A stretch of 64,000 bases of DNA from Mytilus trossulus (taxonomy: Eukaryota), in assembly GCF_036588685.1 (NCBI RefSeq), contig NC_086385.1:28233216-28297215 (forward strand), read 5' to 3'. Position numbers and translations under genes: made by a program. The notes below the pieces were generated by a model. The model was not told where the DNA came from. It saw only the letters and a program-made list of their open reading frames with translations, and did not search any database. Positions 39,586-50,936 of this stretch are shown in pieces. Positions within the stretch are counted from its first letter, which is position 1. Each line of letters opens with the position of its first letter.

Positions 39586-39939
39586 TTCCATCTTAATCAG
39601 TGAACTGAATAATTGTTTTTTGCAGAAGTCCAGGGAGTGTTAAAAATCACATGTGCAAGACTTACACAGGGACTACACAATCTCGAGTACACAATACTTT
39701 TTCAGAATGTCAGCAAAAAAGAATCACTGGTGACAGGGGAGTGTAATCGATGAATTGATCCTGAATCAGATAAGATTTTCCCGGTACGTCTAAACACCGC
39801 TCAGGAGGACCTCCTGGGTGCACACATGCAGGGCATACAAAGTGCACTCATGGCAGATCCTATATAGTCGCCGTCGTATCTGCACACATGATGAATGTAT
39901 ATATTCGTTATAGATCGTCATCTCTTCTCAATTTTGGAG

Positions 39940-39994
39940 CATCTTCGCTAGAGAGAGAGCGGGAGTGGATCGTAACCCTTGGCTAGCGAAGATG
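39940..39994. mobile_element. 55-bp mini-element with 12-bp TIR and 9-bp TSD
   Basis: ATTTTGGAG|CATCTTCGCTAG ... CTAGCGAAGATG|ATTTTAGAG. Confidence 0.65.
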
Positions 39995-41350
39995 ATTTTA
40001 GAGTTAAATTTGCAAGCAACCTCTTAAGATTTTAAAATAATAATGGCTACTAAAAATATATTATTGCCTCCAATTTTCGCAATTTTTTCGCCATATAAAA
40101 TATTTAGGCGACTGTGCTTTTAGTGAATATAAACGATGACGAGGCCTCACGAATAAATATAAATATGAAATATACTGGAACATCGATTAGCATAGATCGA
40201 GCAGCAGAGTAAACTTCCACATAAATCTCGAAGTTATTTACGCCGGATGATATAGACTGTGCTCCTGAATAAAGTTGTCAAATACATTAATTTGTGTTTT
40301 TTACTTCTACAAGAAATTTGATTCAAATGCTAATTACGCACCATTTGCTGAGCAGAGAATCATTCTAAGCCAGGAACCGTCTATACTAACTGATAACAAC
40401 TAGTAAGAATAGAAAGTCTCTGTAAAAAGGCAGTCAATCCTAACAGAACTGTATTAACTTAATGATACATGTACATCAAGTTCCAGCACCTCAACATTGA
40501 AGCACCCCTGCCTTGCATACTGAGATGGCAAACTGGTGTGTGTCAGTATTTTAATATAAAACTGCGTAGGTTCATATCGTTTGATTCAACGTTTGTTTGG
40601 TTATTTTTTAATGATCGTTGTAAAATTATATCTAAATCTTTGTTAAAATACGAATTTAAATTGTTCAATTCCTTCTATTTCATAATTTTGTCAAAGTCTA
40701 CTTTTTAAAGTATTAAATTTTACAGAAAAAAATAATATTCCATTTTGATTTGAAGAAAATCTTTTTGAACCGTCATGACATGGTGTTGCAAAGCTGATTA
40801 CAGGTAACTATAACATACAGTAATTTTCCATTACGACAGTGCGTGTATTCTCGGGTGTGTATAACGTATAGTTTTCTAGAGAACATCCTGTCTACGTGTA
40901 TTACAGATTGATGACATTATACAACATTTCTTTGGTTAAATGTGATAAGGTATCTGTGTCCATTCCCTATTTCAACGCCACTAATTTTTCGAAGAAAAAA
41001 AAATTAAAAAAAATTATATGAAATTAAGAAGAAAAGTAGCAAATATAAACTTCAGTAATTGCGCATTGAGTAAACATAATTTCAATATTGCATGAACAAA
41101 TCCGTGAGAAAACGTATATATACATGTATGAATAAAGATGTGTTTAAAAAGACGGCTTTATTTCACACTAGGACCTAAGATAACTAGAACTAAGCAATGG
41201 TTGATCCAGAAATTTTCATAAGTGGGGACTCATTGACTGCCTTAGAGGGGTCACGTCCAGTCATGCTTCCGTGATTCCCTATATAATCTACCATTTGTTT
41301 CCCAAGATTTAGGAGGGGGCTGGTACACTCATATATATATAAATATACCT

Positions 41351-41510
41351 CTGCGGCGGAGCCAGCCATTTGAAAAGGAGGGGGTCCCAACCCAGGACAA
41401 AAGGGGGAGGGGTGGTTCCAACCATATGTCCCCATTCAAATGCATTGATCGTTCAAAAAAGGGGTGGTTCCAACCCCAGAACCCCCCCCCCCCCCCTGGA
41501 TCCGCCACTG
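41351..41510. mobile_element. Short GC-run MITE with CAG..GCGGATCCAG-type TIR
   Basis: ATACCT|CTGCGGCGGAGCCAG ... CTGGATCCGCCACTG|ATACCT; related fragments at 25460-25555, 41195-41320, 43940-44040 and 44560-44616. Confidence 0.7.
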
Positions 41511-44044
41511 ATACCTAGTATGCATATAATTAAGAACAGCTTTGAATATATGCATATAGAATATATATTACAAATGCCAAAACCTGCAAGAAAGAAACAT
41601 TTATATTCGGTGATTTTTACACTAAACGTTTTCGTAATTTGTTTTGAAAATATTAAAAAGTACATGTACATCGTTTTTTCAAGATTTGTATAGTAACTGG
41701 TTTAATTAAGTCCCCTTGATGAAATTTAAATTGCGAGACGCTAATTAATAAACTATGATCTATCTATCGGCATTCGTCGTTATTTGGGATACGTCACGGA
41801 TGACCGATGGTCATATTCAATACGATATACCAATCATCATTTGAATTAGGTCAATTGATCTTTAATAATTAGGACTAATTGGTGATGGCAGAGAATAAAT
41901 CGCTGGTGAAGATTAAAAACATATAGAAGTAAACTTTGCCAAAAAAAAAAGGTTTCCTTGGAAATAATTATGAAAATATATGAATATGCTAAATATTTTT
42001 TTTTCCGAAATAATAATTAAAGACGTTTAGAAATAACAAATTTTCACAGTTGGGAAATTTTCAATTCAAGTTATTTCATTTTGAAAACGTTGTGTGGTCA
42101 TTAGTAAGTTTTCTCTTTGTTATAGCTCTGGGGCCTTGTCTTTATGGAGTATCCCAGTTAAATATTTCGACATCTTATATGACTCTTATATCCTTGAAAC
42201 AATGCAGATCTACATTTTTAATGCATATTAGACGAGAACTTTATTTTATATAGATCAGACCATTTCATGAAATTATGTTTTGCCAAATATGCAAGAAAAG
42301 TCGTATACCAGTTTAACGTTATTATAACGCGACCGTCAAATTACGGTTACGGGGACATTTCATTGGACATCTTAGATCGTTTCGGATTTTCTACCTGCAA
42401 CTCAAACAAAAGTAGATATCATATCATTTTAAAGGAAATTAAATGTGTTTTCCATTCATATCAGTTAACAGGTGATAAAAATTTGAGATATAGTAGAATT
42501 TCGTTTGATAAAAAGCCTCTGAATTATTCTTTGTGTTATTTTGTCCATCGGGACATTTTATTGGACACGGGGAAAATGACGATGTTTTTAAAATAAGACC
42601 GCAGTTACATAATGATGACTTCAGATAGCTTCTTCGGAACATGTATAATTTTTCTGATATTATTAAAATCCATTTTCGTATGTTATATATTATGTAATTA
42701 AAGACAGAAAGGTTTTTTACGGGTTGAGCAGCAAATTGGGACATTTTTTCTCTTTTTTGTTTAAACTTTTCTGACGATCTTCCTACTCTTATAGTCAAAA
42801 ACGTCTATTGCTTCATTTAACGTTAAATTTATACAATATAATTGTAAAATTTTAAACCATTCTACTTACTAATGAATCCGCACTGGGATTTCAAAGACGC
42901 ACCTAAAACAAAATTGTAACAGCGGGACACCCTTAAAATGACGTTATAGGCATCGAAATGAGCATTTTTTTTTCATTAAAAAATTGACAAAACACAAATT
43001 CATCTATGTTATTGATTTCTATGGTTTATTTCCTTTCGAATGATATGCATAACATGGCTATTTATTGTATAGGATAAGAGCATGAATTTGAATAACACGC
43101 TATCTAACCCATATTTCCAAAGTGACACCAATATCGTGCGCAACGTCATAACCATTATATTTCATGACACTGCATGAAAAAGAAATGGACTTATCGCATA
43201 ATACCAGAACCAGAGACATATATATTGTATCTAATATCTCTGCCAGAACTAAAAAAAAATAAATACAGTAAGTCCACATACACATATTAAGAGGGTATGG
43301 ATGTGAATTAACAGAATAGAGAACAAAGGACAAAGAAAAAAAGGAATAAAGAATAGTGAAAGAAAGAGAATAATGTTGAAAAAGTGTAAGTTATTAAAAA
43401 TATAACTTAAAAAAGAAGACAGAAAAAAGACACCCCTCCGAGACGAGCCTTACATGCATTGTTATAATTCAAGGTTAATTTTACGGCGGCTCATTTTATT
43501 TTGGCTTAGAAATAAACATAATTGACAAGTTTCCTTCCCCTGCATTCTCGATCCCACATGTAAATAGCACGGTGATTTCAAAAAGACATTGATACATCAT
43601 TACAACAGTTTCACTTGCCGTCAGTATTTGAATATATTGATGAAGAAGGTATAGAAGATTAATGCACGCACACTATTATCCACCACAGGCCTAAATAGTT
43701 AGTCCGCAAACAACGAGGGTCATAAAAACCCAGCACTTTGAACACAGACACCGGCATGGTGTGAATCTGAAAGCTTCCCACTATCCATTTCTACCCATAG
43801 AAAACTTTTGCCTTTCATTTATCAACAATGAAATATGTTGATATTAATGGTATATAAGAATTATTGGGGAATTCAAACCATTCCTATTGTAAGTGATAAA
43901 ACTGAATTTATATCGGGGTGATTGAAACGAGGAAAATAAAGGGGGGATCAGGAGTTCAGGGCCCCCTGTTTGGGAAAAGAATTAGTTGATTATATATGGA
44001 ATCACTGAGTCATGGCAGGAGCAGGCCCCTCTTAGGCAGTCGAA

Positions 44045-44545
44045 TATGCTATTATCTTGTAAACGGTCCAGATCCCCATCCCTAAACCATATATATTTTT
44101 GAATGGGACGATAAAAAAAATCAAATGAAATTAAAAGGAGGTCTTAGGGGGTTACCCCACCCTGCTCAATTTGAGAATGTGCTATTATCTTGTGAACGAT
44201 CCAGATCCCCACCCCTAAACCATATATATTCTTGTCCATGTTGTCGGGGACAATAAAATTAATAATGAAATAAAATAAAAGTGAAGTCCAACCCCCTCTA
44301 GTTTGAAAACTTGTAAACAGTTAACATCCCCACCCCTAAACCATATTTATATATTTTTGTAAAGAACAATAAAACAAATCAAAGGAAATATAGGGAGAGT
44401 CCATGGGGTTCACCCCCACCCCCACATGTTTGAGATCCCCTGTCATCCAGTGGTTAGGTGAAAAAATTTCAGGATCCCTGATCCCCACCCTCAAACCATA
44501 TATATTCTTGTATGATAATGCGACAATAAAACAAATCAAATGAAT
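44045..44545 (+). repeat. Degenerate tandem repeat, about 120-155 bp, four copies
   Basis: gatccccacccctaaaccatatatat recurs at ~44072, 44204, 44326 and 44480. Confidence 0.75.
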
Positions 44546-45811
44546 ATAGGACCATCCCCTTTGTCTTGGGTTGGGACCCCCCCCCCCCTTTTTTTAAATG
44601 GCTGGATCCGCCCCAGCATACCATCTAGCTATCTATAAAGGCTTTTAAAATATGGAATCAAACAAGGAAATTAACAGTGTAGGCAACTGTCTTGAATTTA
44701 AAAAAAGTCTTTTACATTACCATGATTACATATATAAAAATGTTAAAAATTTTTGTGCATTTATTTTTGCTTATCGTATTTTCAATAATGGACAAAATTG
44801 CATGATTGAATATTGTAATTTAAGAAAAATCAGCATACATGATATAAAATGGGAAGTGGAAACTGGGAATTTGACAAAGAGACAACAATCCAATCAAAGA
44901 GCAGACAACGGCCGAAGGTCACCTATGGGTCTTCAATGCAGTGAGAAAAATTCGGCACTGGTCTTCAGCTCATAAATATGTATCAGAAATGAAAACGAGA
45001 TACAGCTTTCAGTTGCATTAATAAAAACCTCACAATAAGTTCTGAATATCAGAATATACAGTTCTGCAAGATTCTCTCAAAATGTAGACATAGAGCTGAA
45101 AAACTGTCAGTGACTGTAAAATTAATCATGCTTACATTAAAGTCTATGGAGTCTATCTTAATATGCATACTCTCGTACAAAGGAATATAAGTATGCAATA
45201 GACATCAAGTTTTCAAAAATAAGAGTATCTATGCCATTGATTTACAATATTTTAATCAAGTAATAATTTCGGTTTGTTTAAATATTTCGGAGGTTAGTAT
45301 GACCTCCTCTTTGGTGATGATGTGTTCGTTTTAAATTTGGGAAAATTATTTGTACATGTACCAACAAAAATAAAAACACAAAGTCAATCTAGAATTATGT
45401 TTTTATCATTTTTTTATGTTTAGGTTGTCAGCAAGATGAAAAGGACAAGTATGCAGTTCAAAATTCAAAATGTGGATAAGTTGAGGTTCTAGGTCTTACC
45501 TTTGCAGATTTTCATATTTTGCATGAATGAATTCAAAGGTTATGTGATGGACAGCAGAGAAAGAAAAAAACAACTTTACAATTATCCTGCTCCTGGATAA
45601 ATGTAAAACATCTTGTTTTTCGGTAAGTTTCATGCTCTGTTTTGATAGTGTTAGTGCATTCATCTTTCCAGTCTTTCCTCTAAATTGTAAGTTTTTGGTG
45701 AGTGTTCACCATGAATTTCAGTAAGCATGGTAAGTAACTTGTGGATTTACATGTATATATACTCAAAATTTAGTACTAATATTAATGGGATTTGAGCATG
45801 ACATCCGGCCA

Positions 45812-46415
45812 AATAAAATTGAGAATGGAAATGGGGAATGTGTCAAAGAGACAACAACCCGACCAAAATAAAAAAACACAACAGCAGAAGGTCACCAACA
45901 GGTCTTCAATGTAGCGAGAAATTCCCGCACCCGGAGGCGTCCTTCTGCTGGCCCCTGAACAAATATATACTAGTTCAGTGATAATGAACGCCATACTAAT
46001 TTCCAAATTGTACACAAGAAACTAAAATTTAAAAAATACAAGACTAACAAAGGCTAGAGGCTCCTGACTTGGGACAGGCGCAAAAATGCGGCGGGGTTAA
46101 ACATGTTTGTGAGATCTCAACCCTCCCCCTATACCTCTAACCAGTGTAGAAAAGTAAAAGCATAACAATACGCACATTAAAATTCAGTTCAAGAGAAGTC
46201 CGAGTCTGATGTCAGAAGATGTAACCAAAGAAAATAAACAAAATGACAATAATACATAAATAACAACAGACTACTAGCAGTTAACTGACATGCCAGCTCC
46301 AGACTTCAATTAAACTGACTGAAAGATTATGATTTCATCATATGAACATCAGGCACAATCCTTCCCGTAAGGGGTTTAGTAACATACCATCATAACATAT
46401 ATGAAAAGAACATGC
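45812..46415 (+). repeat. Well-preserved abundant dispersed repeat
   Basis: Head aaattgagaatggaaatggggaatgtgtcaaagagacaacaacc; degenerate relative at 44845-44970. Confidence 0.65.
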
Positions 46416-46431
46416 TTGTTAATCATGTTTA

Positions 46432-46716
46432 TGTTCCAGAACATACAAGTATTTGGACTGTATGCATACAGTCTGCCCAATTTTAAAAAGTTGGTCAAGT
46501 TTATTACAAACAAATGTATAGTACAGATCAACATAACTGAAATCTTTAATAGATTAATACAAAAAGTTTAATTGCAGTTAAAATAAAAACACAGGTTTGG
46601 TCGAGCTGGTACCAGACAGTACAAGTATACTTAAATGGTCTGACTATACACATATGGTGGGACTGTAAGTTCTGGACCGTAAAAGTAAGATCCGAATACT
46701 GATATGGTCTGGAACA
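46432..46716. mobile_element. Older copy of the Ginger-like MITE family
   Basis: TTTA|TGTTCCAGA ... TCTGGAACA|TTTA; exact 4-bp TSD; CpG-decayed palindromes. Confidence 0.8.
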
Positions 46717-47141
46717 TTTATACATGTCTTAAAATTAATATCAAACACATTGGTGTTTTTGAACTTGGTAATAAGTTATTTGATAGAACTATAATGTTTT
46801 GGGATATCAAAATCAAAAATATCCCATTTTTACTTTTGATAAAGAAGAAGATCATTGATGTATGTTTAAATGTATATTAAAATGAGACAGCAAGCCAACA
46901 ACACAAAAAATAAGGATAAAACATACATATTTTTTTTGTATCAATGTTATAATTTCCAATATGTTCAAAGAGTTCAAGGTATTTTTTCATTGAAATAAAA
47001 CACAAATTGAAATCTGTCTGAACTTCAAAAGCTTAAAGAAATATTGTTTCTGTTGTCTGCATTTTGTATAATATATTGCAAATTCTTGTGAATAATGGAA
47101 TGTTATTATAGTTGTCTAAAGTTTTAACATTGATCTTTATA

Positions 47142-47346
47142 CTGTAAATTCATAAATTATTGTGTGCATTTATTATTGCGATTCTGTCATTTTAGACTTA
47201 AATGCGATTTTAAATTTTACGATTTTGAGAAAAATCCTGTTTAATCCATATAAAATATTTCATAATGCGAGTTTAAATTATTGTGTCTACAACTCTGTTG
47301 CATTTTTCGCAATAAAAAAAAAATCGCATTAATTCTGAATTTACAG
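47142..47346. mobile_element. Tc1/mariner-type MITE
   Basis: TA|CTGTAAATTCA ... TGAATTTACAG; degenerate relative at ~44740-44830. Confidence 0.65.
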
Positions 47347-49809
47347 TTTATATATATACTATGTATATAACTTGGGAAAATACCCAAATGTTATAAAGAA
47401 GAATAATTTAATTGATTGTTATATGGTATTAGAATAGGAAGATGTGGTATATTGCTAATTTGACAACCCTTCATCAGAGACCAAAGGATGTAGGCTGTTA
47501 GCAACTGATGACACTGGACAACCTGTAACAATCAGTAAAATCCATACCGCATAGCTATTTTTATTGAAAATCATATTATTGCTACATGTATGAAAACAAT
47601 TTTGTATAATCCATTACTTTAGATTTTATTGGTTCTTTTTCAGAAGGATTGAAATTCACCACCTAGAATAAATGGAGAAAACATAGAAACAAGACCAGAA
47701 TAAATTCGAAGACAAAAGTTGGATCAGTTATTATTTTCATCACTCAGTCAATGATTTGAAGTTCTTTTAAATTCAAAAAAATATTGAAACCACAATAATG
47801 TCAAAGTTCTGTACTGAATGTCCAAAAAGTGGACTATACCATCAAACAATGCTGGATGATAAGAAACTATTAATGTTTTGTGTTGAGAGATATGGCAAAT
47901 AATTGTGTTTCAAGAAAGTATTCTATAATTCATGAATAAACATATATTGATACTTACATTATCTGCTTTGTTGTTTAAAAGTTTAGTTTTGAACAGTTAA
48001 CAAATGTTAAAGAACAATATGCTAAATTAACATTTCCCAAGAAAAAAAGATATTCAATTAAAAAGATTCATCTTATAATAATTTACTACCAAATAGAATA
48101 CATTGTAACATACACATTACTGTTTATATATATCTATATATTTACAATTAGAATCCCATAGGATTTTAATTTGTCCCATGGGATATTGAAAATCCCATGG
48201 GATAATAAAAATCCCATGGGATTTTTTTTGTCCCATGGGACAACAAATATCCCATGGGACTACAATAATCCCATGGGACAAAAAAAAATCCCATGGGATT
48301 TAACCAAAATCCCATGGGATAATGGTTAATCCCATGGGATTTAGCCCTGTCCCATGGGATATTGAAAATCCCATGTTTTTATAATTCAAATTGCAAAATA
48401 AATATGAGAGAAACTGTAGAAACCCAATGAAATTATTGAATCCCATGTAATTCTGCACATTTTGGTTATATACATGATATTGTAGCTCTTGTTTGAGGCG
48501 GCGGCGGATTTGCAAATGAGTGTTTTGCAAATTAAAAGTGTCCAGTGTTCATAATACATATTCTTTTATATACAGCTATGTCGTAATAACGACATAGCTA
48601 TTTCGTTATTACGACATGTTATGTCGAAATTACGACATGCTTTGTCGTAATTACGACATAATATTTTTTTTTTGAATGGCCCTTATCGGCTTCCGTAGTA
48701 CATACATCACTATGTCGTAATAAAGACATCACTACATATGTCGTAATAACGACATCACTTTGTCGTAATAACGACATCGCTATATATATAAAAAAAAAGA
48801 ATATGGTTTATATATTATGATTGCCAAGAGACTAAATTACACAGAAATTAACAACCATATGTCATTGTAATGACTTCAATAATGAACAAAGCCCCCGCAT
48901 AGCCAGCTATAAAAGGTCACAAAATGACAAATGTTAAACAATTTAATTCAAACGAGAAAATCAACGGCTTTATTAATGTACAAAAAAATGAACGAAAAAT
49001 AAATATGTTACACAGCCACTGAATTACATGCTCCTGATCTCATAATTAGGACAAAATTAGCGTTATCACTTTTTGAGGCGATAGGAAATTCGATATGGTC
49101 GTTAGTGAGAGCAAAGTTTGTAATTGATCTTTTTTCAGAATAATGAACACCAAATGCAATCTAGCCTACAGTTATATTACTTGCACACAATACAACTTTA
49201 TTTTATAATCAAGTATAATGAGACCCGGTTGCACAGGGGAGCGATTCAGACTCTTTGGAGCCACCAGTTATGTTTGACATGTACAGATTCATGTAAAATA
49301 AGACTGCATTTCTATTGCAGGTTATAAAGAAGAGGAATTGTTTAAAGCTTTTCGCAATAAAGACTATGTTAAATTTTGGACTCATAGTGCTCAGACCCAT
49401 GGACCTCTGTACCATCATTTGTACACAATTGAATCTTAATGTCCTACTGATGCTTGATGCACATTACAAAAATACAGCGTCCTCCCCATTGAAGCCTTAA
49501 TTATAACTTTGGACCTCAAGTTTTTTAAACAAATATTCCCCATGACAACTATTCCTACAAACTTAGGGAGAGGTTTATGATACCACTAACATGTTTAACC
49601 CCGCCACATTATGTATGAATGTGCATGTTCCAAGTCAGGAGTCTGTACTAAATAAAGGATCTAAATAGCCTGAATCGTTCATCATTTCAATGGGTCCCAT
49701 TATACTTGATTATGAAATAAAGTTCTATTATGTGCATACATATAGATTAAATAAAATTAATATTAATTATGAATAAACTTGATTGAATTCAATGTTTATC
49801 ATTATAAAA

Positions 49810-50936
49810 CTAGAGGCTCTAAAGAGCCTGTGTCGCTCACCTTGGTCTATGTGAATATTAAACAAAGGACGCAGATGGATTCATGACAAAATTGTGTTTT
49901 GGTTATGGTGATGTGTTTGTTCATCTTAATTTACTGAAAATTCTAGCTGCTTACATTTGTTCAATTATCTCTATATATAATTAACTTGGCCAAGTAGTTT
50001 CAGAGGAGAAGATTTTTGTAAAAGATTACTAAGATTTACGAAGAAATTGTTAAAACATGACTATAAAGGGCAATAACTCCTAAAGGGGTCAACTGACAAT
50101 TTCGGTCATATTGACTTATTTGTAGATCTTACTTTGCCAACATTTATTGTTTTTTTACAGTTTATCTCTATCTATAACAATATTCAAGATAATAACCAAA
50201 AACAGCAAAATTTCCTTAAAATTACCAGTTCATGGTCAGCAACCCAACAACGGAATGTCGGATTTATCTGAAAATTTCAGGGTAGATAGATTTTGACCTG
50301 AGAATCAATTTTACTTCAATGTCAGATTTGCTTTAAATGCTTTGGTTTTTTAGTTATAAGCCAAAAACTGAATTTTACCCCTATGTTCTATTTGTGGCGG
50401 CCATCTTGTCTCGTCACACATTTTTTAAACTAGATATCCAAATGATGATTGTGGCCAAGTTTGGTTTAATTTGGCCCTGTAGTATCAGAGGAGAAGATTT
50501 TTGTAAAAGATTACTAAGATTTACAAAAAATTGTTAAAAATTGACTATAAAGGGCAATGACTCCTAAAGGGGTCAACTGACCATTTCGGTCATGTTGACT
50601 TATTTGTTAATCTTACTATGCTGAACATTATTGCTGTGTACAGTTTATCTCTATCTATAATAATATTCAAGATTAAATAACCAAAAACAGCAAAATTTCC
50701 TTAAAATTACCAATTCAGGGTCAGAAACCCAACAACGTGTTGTCCGTTTCATCTGAAAATTGTAGGGCGGATAGATCTTGACCTGATGAACAATTTAACC
50801 CCATGTCAGATTTGCTTTAAATGCTTTGGTTTTTGAGTTATAAGCCTAAAACGAACGACGACAGACGACGGACGACGGACGACGGACGCAAAGTGATGGA
50901 AAAAGCTCACTTGGCCCTTTTAGGCCAGGTGAGCTA
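49810..50936 (+). mobile_element. Complete HINE (Helentron-associated, pearl/DINE-like) element
   Basis: 5' hairpin aggctct/agagcct plus subTIR gctcacc; about 485-bp core x2; (GACG)-rich microsatellite; 3' hairpin agctcac.tggcc..ggcca.gtgagct; flanked by A runs. Confidence 0.85.

Larger units (their letters stand above)
33803..48548. mobile_element. Element D: 14.7-kb long-TIR DNA element with 6-bp TSD, unclassified
   Basis: Ends ACTCTGGACACTTTT and AAAAGTGTCCAGTGT; arms of about 440-470 bp with ATCCCATGGGAT arrays; exact TSD TCATAA at 33797-33802 and 48549-48554; empty site visible in the C1 left arm (~29985-30010). Confidence 0.9.
29701..48697. mobile_element. Element C1: IS3EU-like foldback element inserted in the left arm of C2
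   Basis: Ends TACGGAAGCCGAAAAGGGCCATTC and GAATGGCCCTTATCGGCTTCCGTA; GTACA duplicated at 29696-29700 and 48698-48702; left arm 29701-~30378 is mirrored by 32704-33802 plus 48549-48697. Confidence 0.85.

Noticed and set aside
33821-48530. Twin 76-aa ORFs (33821-34051 + and 48300-48530 -) as duplicated genes
   Set aside because: They are the two arms of element D; non-ATG start, and they run into the palindromic array.
33803-48548. Element D as an intact Polinton/Maverick
   Set aside because: No long ORFs for polymerase, integrase, ATPase or capsid; the interior is mostly other repeats.
49180-49740. Short inverted match 49185-49250 versus 49670-49740 as a separate element
   Set aside because: Degenerate, with no clear termini or TSD; cannot be delimited.
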